This document shows positions 1 to 12,239 of a DNA stretch of 64,000 nt, piece by piece. Where the stretch lies: positions 91,762,001-91,826,000 of the forward strand of contig NC_045696.1 in assembly GCF_009834535.1 (NCBI RefSeq). The letters are read 5' to 3'. The notes below the pieces were generated by a model, which made no database searches, had not been told where the DNA came from, and worked only from the letters and a program-made list of their open reading frames with translations. Position 1 is the stretch's first letter. The number at the start of each line of letters is the position of its first letter. A program made the position numbers and the translations under genes. The stretch comes from Camelus ferus (taxonomy: Eukaryota).

Positions 1-1697
1 TGCTTTTGTCAGATTTTGGTATCAGGGTAATACTGGTTTCATGAAATAAATTAAAAACTATTCCTTCTTCTTTAATTTTCTGGGAGAGTTTGGGTAGAAT
101 TAGTACTAGTTCTTCCTTAAATGCTTCATAAAATTTCTCAATGAAACCTTCTGGACCTGAAATTTTCTTCACGGGAAAAATGTAAACTATAAATTCAGGT
201 TATCTATTTCTTTTTAGTGAAACTTAGTATTTTATATTTCAAAAAATGTGTCCATTTTATCAGAGTTGTCAAAATTAATGGCATAAAGTTGTTCATAATA
301 TTCCTCTATTAATGTATTAATATCCAAAGAATGTATTATCACCACTCTCATTTCTGATATTGGTAAATTTTGTCTTCTCTCTTTTTTCCTGATGAATCTG
401 ACTTAAGGTTTATTAATATTATTGATCTCCTTGAAGAAATTGATTGTTTAATTGATATTCTATATTGTTTCTCTGTTTTCTATGTCATTGGTTTCTGCTC
501 TGATCTTTATTTACTTTCTTCTACTTATCTTGGGATCCATTTCCTCTTCTTTTTCAAACTTCTTAAGGTGGAGGCTGACTTTCTTCTATTTTCACACAGT
601 CATTTACTGCTGTAAGTTTGCCCCCTGAAGTTTTGCTTTAGTGATGTGCCACCACCTTCCAATGTTTTTATTTCCATTTAGTTCAAAAAACTTTGTAATT
701 TCCCTTTTGATATCTTCTTTGACCCGTATCTCACTTAGAATTGTGTTACAGAGTTTATAAATATTTGGGGGATTTTTCAAATACTTTTCTGTTATTTATT
801 ACTAAGTTAATTAGATTGTGATCAGAGAATACACTTTGCATGATTTGAGTACTTTTAAATTTCTTTGGTTTTGTTTTATAACCCAATTATGTTGTCTATC
901 TTGGTAAATATTTTGTGTGTATGCTCTTTCTCTTGGAGAAAAAAAAAAGTGTATTCTGCTGTTGTTGGGTGGAATGTTGTATAAATGTCAATTAGGCTAA
1001 GTTGATTGTAAAGTTCAAGTCTTCTGTAGCCTTACTCATTTTCTGGTCTACTTGTTTTATCTATCGTTAAGAGAGAGCTATTAAAATCTCTAACAATAAC
1101 TGTGAATTTGTCTACTTCTCACAGTATTATCACTTTGTGCTTCATGTATTTTCAAGCTCTGTTATTAGATGCACAAACGTTTACGATTCTTACAAATGGA
1201 TTGATCCATTTATCACTATGAAATGAATTTATTTATTCCTGGTAATACTCTTTGTTCTAAAATCTACATTGCTTGATATTAATAAACACACATTCTAGCT
1301 TTCTTTTGATTAGTGTCAGCATGGTATATCTTTTCCCATTCTTTTACTTTTAACCTTTTGTGTCTTTACATTTAAAATACATTTCCTATAGGCAGTATAT
1401 GACTGAATCTTACTTTTTTATACAATATGATAATTTCTGCCTATTTAATTAAAATGTTAGAAATTTACACTTTATTGAATTGTGATATGGTTAGGGTTAA
1501 ATCCATCATCTTGCATATTTGTTTCCTATTTGTCCCATCTGTTGCTTCCTTTGCCTTCTTTAACTGCCTTGTTTTGGATTTTGCATATGGCTTATGATTC
1601 ACTTTTATCTGCTTTGTTGGCATATTAGCTATAACTCTTTGTTTAGTTTTATTTAATGGTTGCTATAGGGTTGATAATAGCCATCTTTGACTTGTCA
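1..1697 (-). mobile_element. Old L1 (L1M-type) fragment, ORF2 5'/endonuclease region, decayed; resumes at about 2149-2210 after the MaLR LTR
   Basis: Antisense L1 ORF2 text (ttttggtatcagggtaatactgg; gtgtattctgctgttgttgggtggaatgttgtataaatgtcaattagg; ctagctttcttttgattagtgtcagcatggtatatcttttcccattc); no long ORF. Confidence 0.85.
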
Positions 1698-2148
1698 CAG
1701 TAGGCTAAATAATTGTCTTCCAAGATATCCATGTCCTAATTCCCATTCTCTCCTAAATATGGCCAAAGGGCTTTGCAGATATGATTACATTAAGTTTCTT
1801 GAGATGAGGAGATTATCCTGGTTCATCTGATTATGCCCTAATTATAATTATCAAGACTTTATAAGACAGAGACAAGAAGGTTAATGTGGGAGAGGGTGGT
1901 GACATGATAATGGAAACAGAGATTAGATTAGATTCACAGGGCTAGGATCCAAGGAATGCCAGCAGGTTCTAAATGCTAGAAGAAGCAAGCAATGTATTCT
2001 CCTCTGGAGCTTCCAGAAAGAACCAGCCCTATTGATTTTAGCCCCTTAACACTCATTTGGGCTTCTGACCCCCAGAACTGTATAAATTTGTATTGGTATA
2101 AGCCACTAAGTTTGTGGTAATTTATTAGGTCAGCAATAGAAAACCATG
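1698..2148 (+). mobile_element. MaLR solo LTR (MLT1D-like) inserted into the old L1
   Basis: Matches recalled MLT1 consensus: gtaggctaaataat...agatatccatgtcctaat...gagatgaggagattatcctgg...ccaaggaatgc...aagccactaagtttgtggtaattt...cagcaatagaaaac. Confidence 0.85.
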
Positions 2149-2528
2149 CTGGTCTACCTTCAAGTGATATTACACAACTTCAGGTATAAGATTAGAATCT
2201 TATAATGGTAACCGTGATAAAATAAGGAGCAGCAGTCAATGGAAATAAAGTAGCACTTCACCTGGTTTTCAAAATACTAGTACCATAGAATGGATGTGGC
2301 TGGCCACGTGCTTGCTAGAAGTGGCTAGGCAGCAGAGTTCTGGCAATTTGATCCACTTTATGTCTTAATTCAGGTTTCCTATTTGAAAAGGGGTCTTACT
2401 GATTAGAAAATTCCAATGAGCATTTCCAGATGGGTGCTTTGAGTAAATTAGAAGTTACCTTTACTATAAAATGGATAGTACTGAATATTTGAGATGCTCG
2501 AATTTCAGTCTCTCTGGAGATAGTTATA

Positions 2529-2632
2529 AAGTGGCAGAGTACATGCTCAAGCATACACAAGGTCCTGGGTTCAATCCCCAGTACCTCCTCCAAAAAACAA
2601 CAAAAAAAAATTAAAAAACAAAAAAAACAAAA
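2529..2632 (+). mobile_element. tRNA-Ala-derived camelid SINE (vic-1-like), 5'-damaged, with A-rich tail
   Basis: agtggcagagtacatgctcaagcatacacaaggtcctgggttcaatccccagtacctcc followed by A-rich tail; B box GGTTCAATCC; same family as 40548-40689. Confidence 0.85.
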
Positions 2633-3590
2633 GTAGAATCCATTCAATATACATTCCTCTGATGGACCCAGTAAAAAACACTGCTGTTATATGTATCCCT
2701 TTAGAACAAAAACTGAAAGTCTAGTAGATTATAGAAGCTAAAATACAGTAAGCGAAAGTTCAAACAATGCTAGTGAAGTGATAATCTTTCACTGAATTGA
2801 CAAAGTTATGAAGTTCCTTATGACATTTCCACGAAGTACAAAGCATTTTGAGTGAACTGTTATAAAAGTTATGAACTTGTATGTGTGATGATAATTTTGC
2901 TTGCTATTATAGCTACAGAAATGAGGATTTTCATATCTTTTTGATTCCTGCTGGGCTTCTATTCTTGACTCAGTGTGATTCTTTAATGAGACAAGGCAGA
3001 AAGAATGATTATACATGATGTTACAAACACAGTATTCTTGGTTAACACAGAATGGGCCCTGAGTAATGTATGTAGAGATGATTATATGTGTGAAAAAGAT
3101 AATCCTAATTCCAGAAATGAAATCACACTTGTGTAGTACACTCAAGAAAAAGCTTGCATATTATTCAGGACTACAAAACCATCTAAAAACATCGATAAAT
3201 AAAAAGCAGTCTTATCTTGAAAGAAACTATAAAGGATCAAATTTGACTCTAGTGAGACTTTTTGCTAGAAATCTAGAGAAATTATAAGAAAATAAAATAT
3301 TATTAGAAGCACATTCCGTATTTTTCCATGTTATAAAAAGCTGAAAATGTATAGTTGTTTTTGAATATCATGCAGACATCCAATTTCCTCTTCAGAATCA
3401 ATTCCAGAGCTACTGATGCCTTAGAATTATAGGAAACAACACAGATTCAGGTCCTACATTTGGATTGTACTAAGAATTCATTAAAAAGGTCATCACTAGA
3501 ATCCAGAAGTTTGAACTGATTTTTGGCAAGTCAGAAGCTGACCTGCTACCAGAGTTTTGAATCCTGTGATCAGTGCTTTGATTGGGATTA

Positions 3591-3685
3591 AATTCATTCC
3601 CATCCATTCATCCATCCATCCAGCAAATATTTATAGAGTACCTCTATGTGTCAGGCACTGTTTTAGTCTCTGGGGATACAGTGGT
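3591..3685 (-). mobile_element. L2 3' end fragment
   Basis: ttcattcc...cagcaaatatttatagagtacctctatgtgtcaggcactg is the reverse complement of the L2 terminus. Confidence 0.7.
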
Positions 3686-4494
3686 TTTTTCTTGCTGTTC
3701 ATTGGAAATACATTAGTGCAATTCCCCACTTTTAGAAGAAACGAAGATCCTGATGGTAAATGACTATCTAAAGTGATATGATTCACAAGAGGCAAAGCTG
3801 GTTCAAGCTTATACCAGCCAAGGGCTCTCTATCCTGCAATATCATTAGATAGTTTTTTAAAATAACATTTTGAAGTTGGCACAACAGGCAAATTAGAATC
3901 TACTCACAATTAGGAGTATTTATTTTAAAAACTTTAAATTCTTAGACCAAAGGAAAATGAGAATCTAATTTCTTACACATATGCAAAAACCTAAATTCCC
4001 TTAATTGTAGTTAAAACATAACTGCAAACAAATGTCAAACCATAATGCCAAATGACAGCTTTAAATTCTGTTTCACAGGTTCTTTTAGTGATGTCTTCAC
4101 ACTGTCAATCAAAGAGATAATTTTTATTTTGCCCCAACTCCTGCCTCTGTTAAAAGCAGTGTTTGTGATATTATAAGAAGTTAGGCAAGTCTTGTTTTGA
4201 GAGCTGTTGATAGACAGGAAATCAGAGAAAGAGGTAAGTTTTGGGGAAAATATCTGATAAGGTTATTTTAGAATGGTATTACTTAGAACACTTCATTACA
4301 TAATGCTTTAAACCAACAGGATTCCATCCAAACGAATCATCCCATGGACTAATCTTTACAACTCTAAGAGTAAAGTGGGTAATATTGAATTCAACAGACA
4401 TTTACTAAATATCTGTATCAGCAGTGCAGGGTATAAAAATTAATAAAATATGATGCTTTAACAGGTTAGTGACTTAAAGGAAGATAAGAGAGAA

Positions 4495-4710
4495 CTAATA
4501 CTTTTTGGGAACCTACAACCTAACAGGCACAATACTAGATGATTTAATCTTCACAGGAAAATAGCTCTTATTAATATGCCCATTCACAGATAAGGAAAAT
4601 GCGCCTTAAAGTGGTTAAGCTAGTTGTCCAAACTTGACATGGTCAAGTTGGGATTTTAAACCTATGTTTGCCTAACGTTAAAGCCCATTCTTTTTGTACT
4701 AAGCGACACT
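4495..4710 (-). mobile_element. MIR SINE
   Basis: MIR core in reverse: cccattcacagataaggaaaat...gtggttaagctagttgtccaa...gggattttaaaccta. Confidence 0.7.
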
Positions 4711-5149
4711 AACATGAAGTAACAGAACCCTTGAAACCTTGCTTCTACATTCCTTCTTAAATTCTACATTTCTTATTGCTGCTAGCCTTCAAGAAAGTAT
4801 GACAAGCTCCATCAAACACCAAGTTTCTCTTCTAGAATGTACTGTGAAATGTTATCATTCTACTTTTGTTCTGAAGATATAGCTCCACTTCTGATTTTGC
4901 CAAGGCACTAGAGAAGGGAAGACAAAGGTCACCATCTTGTATTTATTGAATGCCTGGAAGAATCCTGAAAGAGTGGAGAGGTGGGGTAAGTGAGGGGAGG
5001 AGGAGAAGGAACACAAAAGGGGCTCCCTGAGTTTTTCTGCTTTCTGCAGGGCTGGGAGTTCCCTGAACACTTCATGTTATAGCATGATAAGAAAGAGAAG
5101 TCACACTGAGAGAAGCTGACACAACTGAGCCCTTCAAGACAAATGCTGA

Positions 5150-5320
5150 GGGAATGGTGCAAACTGTAGTTGAGGGAACATGGGTTACAGTTAGATACAT
5201 GGAGCTTGAGTTCTATCTTTGCCAATTCTGTAGCCCTGAGCAAGACATTCAGCCTTGCTTAACCTCAGTTTCCTCTAGTGTAAAATGTGGAAGATGATAT
5301 CTGCTTCACAAGAGAGGGTC
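5150..5320 (+). mobile_element. MIR SINE
   Basis: ccctgagcaagacattcagccttgcttaacctcagtttcctctagtgtaaaatg matches the MIR core. Confidence 0.7.
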
Positions 5321-5851
5321 ACAGCTCTGCTAGCCTGAGCCTTTGTGCAAATTTGAAAATGGCTTTCCCTCTGGGTTGATGCATTAGAAAAAGTGCTCCC
5401 TCTGGGTAGGGGCAGATCTAGGAAGACAGGGTTTGGTAAGAGGGGAATAGCACACTTATGCAAGAAAAATAAGCCCCTTCCTCTGTGGCAGGTGGTGAGG
5501 AGGGCAGAGTTCAGGCCGGTTTTTGGGTCCTGACCCATTCTGCTGACTGCCCCGCAATGATGCATCTCACTCAGGGCAGTGTGAAGACAAGGTCATGTCC
5601 ACGGAAGCACTCAGAGGGCTCCCCATGACTGCGACCCCTGTGGGTGGTGTGTGAGAGAGCTTGAGAGGGAGAAAGCAGGGAGGAGAGAGGAAAGGAAGGA
5701 GGGAGGAGTGGAAGAAAGCCTGAAGAAGCAGGTACGTTTAATCATGGGGCTGTGTCGCACACAGGAAAACAGGACACTGCATCAATCTCCTGAAATAATT
5801 TGTTAGATTTTATGTATATTCCTCTGAGGTGAGGGTTTATAGCTGTTAATC

Positions 5852-5930
5852 AAATAAAAAAAAAAGAAAGAAAAAGAAGAAAGAAAAGAAAAGACAGAGA
5901 AAGAGAAGAGGATGAGGAAACTGAAAAAGA
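5852..5930. repeat. A/GA-rich low-complexity tract
   Basis: aaataaaaaaaaaagaaagaaaaagaagaaagaaaagaaaagacagagaaagagaagagg. Confidence 0.8.
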
Positions 5931-7829
5931 AGTTAATGTGTATGTGAGAGAGGGAATAACCTTGCTTGTGGCCTAAAAGATACGCATCGAGGGGACAGGG
6001 AGCAATTAAGTAAATTTCATTTAAGACACATAAATAGTTGGCTAGCTAGGGAAACACATGGAGATTATTTATTTCACAGAATAATAAGCAACTTGCACCT
6101 AACTTTGGACACAACGAAGCTTTTTGTCCAAAAACGTTCTCCACTAAACCTGTCATGTTATTGGCAAGTACATCACAATAAGTACTCTTCTATATTTTTT
6201 TCTTGGAACTTACCAAGATAGGTCTAACACAGCTCTTGGGAATGAATGCACCGGGTGTGGGCTCTTACAAACAGCTGTGTGTTTCGGCAGTGCGGTTGTA
6301 GGCCGCACGTTACCACATAAATGAATTTCTCTAAGTGTTAGATGTGGGCAGTCTCCAAGCTTAAACACATGTCTTTCTAAAATGTATTTGTAGGTTGATT
6401 ATAGAAATTCCCGAAAACATTTTACCATAGAAATAATTTTCCATATAAAAGGAATTAGGCCTGCAGGCCAGCCCACAAAACCCTATTTAATTCATAATAC
6501 TTCTGAAGTGGTATCACAAATTCATGGTCCTGGGCAGAGTTCTGGCCCTGGCCGAAGACACCTTGTAGCCTGGAAGCATGAGAGCTGAGGGCTCGCCCTC
6601 TTTACACAGAATTTTTAAAATAGCTACACTTTTCTCTGGCACTGTCCCTGTACCTTGCTGTATCCCTCCCCACCCACCAAGGAGACCCCCCTCTCCAGGC
6701 CCAGTGTGCCTGTGACCAAGCTGGCCAGGCCTTCTCTACTCTCAGCCCCTGGGATCTCGAAGGATCACTTCTCTTCTTTACAGTGGAGCCTCTTCTCCTA
6801 CTAGAGCTTCTCAGCTGAGTGTGGGGGAGGAAGCAATGCCTAATTAATTAGATTTGTCCTAATGTATGAATTATTTCCTCGTCTCTAACTCTTTTCCTAC
6901 CCCAAACTCAGAAGTTCTGCCAGTTGTTTTCTAGGGCCAGTTCTGGCTTTTCACATCTTCTTTTTCACCTCTTCTGAAGCTACATAGCTTCTATGGTTCA
7001 CATTTTCCATAATGGTCCCAGTGGCATCATTGGCAGGGGCTCTGCTGTCGGGAGGGGTGGTGAGTGGAAGAAACTGCCTGAGTTTGCAGAACACACTGGT
7101 ACTGTGGGCGAGTTGGGCTTTGGCCTTTGGGGAGCACATCTGGCAGCCTGGCTGGTTGCTGTCCTTCCACGGCAGTGGTTTGGGACCTTGCTGTGTAGCA
7201 GATTCCCAGGCATTGCCCGGTCCTACTGAACCAGAATCTCTGCTGGAGTCATCAAGCATCTCTATTTTAAGCTTTTCCTGAGCCCAGCTTCTTTTTTTGG
7301 AAGGACTTTCACATCTCCAACTGCTTAAGGACACCTTTATTTAGAGATCTCATTGGTGCTTCAAATCAAAGATTCAAAAGAAAATTTGCTCAGCTGAGAG
7401 ACAGTTCACTGAAGGAAAGAAAGTGGAGAGAGGAAAGCCAAATTCAGGCTTGAACTTCAAGGAACGTCTGCTGTCAGGTGATCGAAGGAGGGAAGGGCAA
7501 AGAACCAAAGCAGAGACAGGAAAGGGGCAGGATAGCATGTTGCCCCTGAAGCCAAAGGAAAACGAAGTTTTAAGGCAGGCTTAGATAGTAAGGTCAAGGC
7601 CTCTGAAAGGTCACTTGTTCTTTAGGATGTCTTTTTACCCTGGCTTTCATATATCCCTCTGGCTCAACATGATGTAAGCCCTGGCTATTTGCTCCCATCC
7701 ACTTGGTATAGACATTCAGATCCAGTTGAAATGTGCAGAGGGTGAGAGCTGAAGACTTTCATTTTTCTCATGTCTCTTAGGCTTAACTATGCACAAAATC
7801 CTTTGATTAATATCAAAACTGTAAATGAC

Positions 7830-8390
7830 CTGACTTGCCCCCACTTCCAACATCTTCTCCATTCAGCAGCCAAAACCATCTTTCACCAGTGTCACTCCTC
7901 AGCTTAAATCCCTTCAATGGTTTCTTTTCATTGCACTGAAAATAATACCCAAACTCCTATGGGCCCATGAGGCCCTGCATGACTGGCCCTCACCTACCTC
8001 CCTCACACTTGCTAGGACTCCACTATCACTTCTGAGAACTCACCAAGCTCATTCTCTGCTTGTAAAACTCTTCCCTGGTCCTTTGTATGGGAACCTCTCT
8101 CTACTTGTCTTCTTTATGTATCATTTTGGAAGTTACTTTTACAACTACCCTTTCCAAAGCAGGTACTCCTTCTATCAGTCTCTACTACAATACCCTTTAC
8201 TTTAAATTCACTATCACAATCTATAATTATTCTTGTTAGTTCTCTAGTTTTTATCTTTTTAATAGTTTGTCTCTCCCATTAGAATGTAAGCTTCACGAGG
8301 ACAGGGAAATTTCAGATTCACTGTTGTATCCCCAAGGTACATAGTACCTGGCATTTAGTAAATGCTCAACAAATAATTGTTGACTGAATT
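7830..8390 (+). mobile_element. L2 3' portion
   Basis: gtcactcctcagcttaaatcccttcaatgg...ggccctgcatgactggcc...gtctctcccattagaatgtaagcttcacgaggacaggg...tacctggcatttagtaaatgctcaacaaataattgttgactgaat. Confidence 0.8.
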
Positions 8391-8404
8391 ACCCAAAGCA
8401 AGTC

Positions 8405-8500
8405 CTTCATTCACTCAACAAATATTTATTGAGGGGATACATGTGCCAGATTCCAAGGATACAACAGAAGACAAGGCAGACAAAAGTCTGAAAGTGGCCT
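8405..8500 (-). mobile_element. L2 3' end fragment, tail-to-tail with the preceding L2
   Basis: ttcattcactcaacaaatatttattgagg...atgtgccaga. Confidence 0.65.
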
Positions 8501-10179
8501 AGGACAAAGAAAAAAGGCAATGCTTATGTCTAGGAGTACTCCTATGATAATCTGATAACTTATTGATCCACAAGCACATTTTAATTTTTATTATGTGACA
8601 GACAGCATGTCAGTAAACTTGGTGCCACCAAATGACTAGGTAATACCATGTCTGCTTTTGGATAGACTAAAGTATAGAGAGAAAAGAAGGAAAAAGGGCA
8701 AGAGTATGACAGAGAAAAAAAAGCCGGGGTAGAAGGGAGAAGAGGAGGAAGCAGTCCAGTAATATCTCTGTTCTCTGAAAATTTAAAGAAATTATCTTTA
8801 ACACTTATAATAGAAGGTAAGACTAGAATCATACTAAATTTTTTAAAAACATGGCAAAACACAGTGTGCTATTTCAAAGCAATCAATCTCCCAAGAAAGT
8901 TCTATATTTATTCCAATGATATTATTAATCCTTAAAACATTCATGTAACTGCCATCTTTAAATTGCTGCCAGAGATAATTTATTAAGTGTAGAAAAAAAG
9001 AAAATATTTTACTTATTTTTAATCCCCAATGATAGTTCCCAGACTGATTTCCCATCATTTTCCCTGAACTTGCTTTCACTGGATCTATTGAGATTGTTTT
9101 CAAAATCAAATTCATTCCTAAAGGTCAAAGATTCATCATACTGAGTATATTCTAAAACATGTACACTTAAGCTAATCTTCAGAAAAGAGTTCCAGAAATG
9201 CTTGAACAGAGATAGGATCTTCACAATGACCACTATGAAGGAGACAGAATTCATCTGGATAAACAGTTAAGTCTAATTAACCTGACATCACTGGAAATGG
9301 GGTATTCTTTTCCTTCTATATACTTAGAGTATATAGCTGATTTTAATCTTTCTGACTCAGGATCATCATTATGGCCATCAGTTATTAACCCATGTTATAA
9401 ATATAGAGACACTGAAGGTGACTGATGTGTGTAGGGCTGTTTGTCTCTATCTACATTGGGCCAAACTGCAATGCTTTTAAAGTTTTTTGTTTGAGCTTAT
9501 AGTTTTTCTTTCTTCTTATGCATGGTCAATCTTTCAGTTACCATTCCTTCTTATTAGTAAGCCTGGCTCTTGCAAATGTCCTGCTTATAAAACTGCTGCT
9601 TCTAATATGCTATGGGCTTAACAGTGACACAATTGTGAAATGGCAGAGGTAAGAGTGGAATGAAAAGTCACATAACTACAAGGCACATTATCTTTGCAAG
9701 AAGCAGGTTATTGGTGTGGCAGGGTGAGGAAGCAATAGTGGGTGGCAATCAGCTCTGTGGTTGTTCATCCTATTCAATCAAAGAGAAGTAAATGTGTATC
9801 ATCCCAGGAGGGACCAAAGACAAGCCTTGTTTCTCTGTGAACTAGACAGAACTCTGTCTAGCCTGGAGTAGAGACAGATATGACCCAGGGCACAGTGCTG
9901 GTGAGAAAGTTTTGAGACAATGAACCTAATTCTAAGCTGCCTGCTACCCACTCCCAGGGCCCTACTCTCAGACTCTTCCTCTGGGAGCAAATAGCTACCC
10001 TTAAAAAGAATGAAAACAAGATTATAAATCTAAATTATAAAGCAGCCAAATACTCATAAAATAAATAAAATTTAAAATGATAGTAAGAATGAAAACCAAA
10101 TAGCCAATCACACCTTCTGTGCACAGAGAATAACACAAGACAGAAATTCTTGCTCTTATGGAACTTGTGTTCTTATGGT

Positions 10180-10420
10180 ATATAATAGTTATATCAATAA
10201 ATGTAAATCGCATAACATCTTCTATTAAAGACTCCCAGATTTTACAAAAACCAATACAACAAATCCCCCAAATTTGTACTATTTATCAGATATGAATTCA
10301 AAACAAAAGGACTCAGAAAGAATGAAAGACATATCAGGCAAATGAAAACAAAAAGAAAGAAAGCAGGGTTGAGATATTAAGTACAGATAAGGTTAATTTA
10401 AAGACAAATTAATTAAGCAA
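10180..10420 (+). mobile_element. Old L1 fragment (start of ORF2 endonuclease domain)
   Basis: atcaataaatgtaaat...gacatatcaggcaaatgaaaacaaaaagaaagaaagcagggtt...cagataaggttaatttaaagac. Confidence 0.6.
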
Positions 10421-10835
10421 AAATATCAGGGTGGGTGTAGGAATATGCTTCTTAGTATCCCTGACATTACTAAGTACCAGAGGTACCTTTGCCTGTGGAG
10501 AGCCCTCAATAAGAGGTGTTGATAAATAAAGAGAGAAGAAAAGCAGGAGCTAATAGAAAGAAAATGTAATATAAAAGATGTTTTTCTGTTGGAAAATGAT
10601 AGAATCTACCAATTATTGGCCATGGTGAAATTCAGTAGTTTTAAGTACCACACATGGTCTTTTTGATTATTTCAATAAAAATCTAACACCAAATGCAACG
10701 TGGGTTCCATCTTTACTTCCAATAACTAACTGTGATGTTAAGCAAGTCATTTAACCAATTTGGGCTTCAATTTAATCATTCATGGAATAAGGTGGTGGGA
10801 TGCAATGACCTTTCAGGTGAAATATAACTTTAATC

Positions 10836-10960
10836 TGAATGTGACAATGAATATATGTATGTTCATGTATAACTGAAAAATTGTGCTCTACACTGGAAGC
10901 TGACACAACATTGAAAACTGACTATAACTCAATAAAATAAAATTTAAAAAATAAAAAAAT
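10836..10960 (+). mobile_element. Short 5'-truncated young camelid L1 3' end
   Basis: Near-identical to the end of the young L1 at about 31915-32030 (aatgtgacaatga...catgtataactgaaaaattgtgct...gacacaacattg); flanked by ctttaatc at 10828-10835 and 10961-10968 (TSD). Confidence 0.9.
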
Positions 10961-11078
10961 CTTTAATCCTGTGAGTTCACTGTTATCAAAATATGTAGGA
11001 TCTTGATGTTTCAAATAAATATATAGAATACTGACTTAAACACAAAGCATATTTGGAAGAAATTATTCTTGACTGTAC

Positions 11079-11282
11079 CTTTCATTTTTCAGTGTTACAA
11101 CCTCTTCCTTTGTCTGATTCAGAAGAGTTTTGGTTATCTCTAGTTCATTTTCTGCAAAATTAATTCTTCTTTTTAAGTCTTCTTCTCGTCTTTCTTTTGC
11201 AGTCAGTTCTTCTTGTAAAGTTTTATATATTTGTTGACAAGTCATTGAAGAGTCCTCTTTTTCTTTAAGCAATCTGGTGTGC
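11079..11282 (-). CDS. LEKR1: LEKR1 internal coding exon (204 nt, phase 2-2): (R)HTRLLKEKEDSSMTCQQIYKTLQEELTAKERREEDLKRRINFAENELEITKTLLNQTKEEVVTLKNE(R)
   Basis: Acceptor tttcttattccattttAG, donor AG|GTACAG; open frame; matches recalled human LEKR1 (LLKEKEDSLMTCQQIYKALQEELTVKE...AENELEITKTLLNQTREEVLTLKNER); phase joins the 11624-11701 exon. Confidence 0.95.
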
Positions 11283-11623
11283 CTAAAATGGAATAAGAAA
11301 AAAAATCCACCAATATGCATTGAACACTATATTTTTATGTTTATTAAAGATATATAAACATTTCACTTAACTAAAGATTTTAACTCTAACTTAAAAAATT
11401 AAGAATGCAAAATAAATGGACAGTTCTGTGGTTTTAAAGTTTTCATATCTAGGCAGGGGCAAAATCAATGAACAGCTTCAATATATTACAATATCAAATT
11501 AGGTATTGTATATATAAAGAATACAATATGAAAAGATAAGTACGTTTTAAAGAAAATGTTATTTAAAATATGGTTTCAAATTCAATTACTAAAAATATTA
11601 AATAAAAAATTTGCAGTGTATAC

Positions 11624-11701
11624 CGTGACTCAGAAATAATGGATTCAAACTTCAGTTTTCTAAGTTCTCTTTGACACTCATCAGCTTCATTAGATTTATT
11701 C
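11624..11701 (-). CDS. LEKR1: LEKR1 internal coding exon (78 nt, phase 2-2): (M)NKSNEADECQRELRKLKFESIISES(R)
   Basis: Acceptor ttttgtattattttAG, donor CG|GTATAC; matches recalled human NKSNEADDCQRELKKLKFESIISESQ; phases fit both neighbouring exons. Confidence 0.95.
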
Positions 11702-12160
11702 CTAAAATAATACAAAAGAGGTTCAAATGTTTCAAAATAGTTAATGAATCTTCTTTCTTTTTTAAAAACATGTTTTTCCTTTATTATTTTTCTTATCTTC
11801 ATATTCTATTTGTGGTTACCTATACAGATTTCCATGAAATTAGAAATATATAGTCAAAGGGTTTTTGTTTGCCAAAAAATAACCTAAACTGTTTGTCCAA
11901 CTCTATGTGTTTTTCTATATCATCATTTTATTCAGCCATAAAAAAATTTCTTAGCATCTTCATTTTATTAATTCTTTAAAGAAATCAATATTTAGTTCAC
12001 TTCCATAATGGCCAAGTAACCTTCTATCAGACCGATGTAAGCTTTAGATAACATTAAAAAAGGAAAGAAAAGAAAAGAAAAACACCTATGTGAAAGTGAC
12101 CAAAAGCAGGAAGATTCTGGAGGGAAGCTGACACTTAAAAGTGGCAGCCATGGGGTCAGG

Positions 12161-12189
12161 TGTTTTGTTTTTGTTTTTGTTTTTGTTTT
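12161..12189. repeat. (TTTTTG)n microsatellite
   Basis: tgttttgtttttgtttttgtttttgtttt. Confidence 0.85.
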
Positions 12190-12239
12190 AATGATTTTTA
12201 AACTTGAAGGCAGGCCCCAATCTGCAATTTCCATGCAGG

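Noticed and set aside
6951..7334. Cluster of four overlapping ORFs on both strands
   Set aside because: Locally GC-richer sequence, no recognisable homology, no match to the next expected LEKR1 exon.
1..11078. Next downstream LEKR1 exon (recalled human ELMLISHQKSIEQLQE...)
   Set aside because: Not found by eye; presumably left of the window. The upstream exon was likewise not found in 56948-64000.
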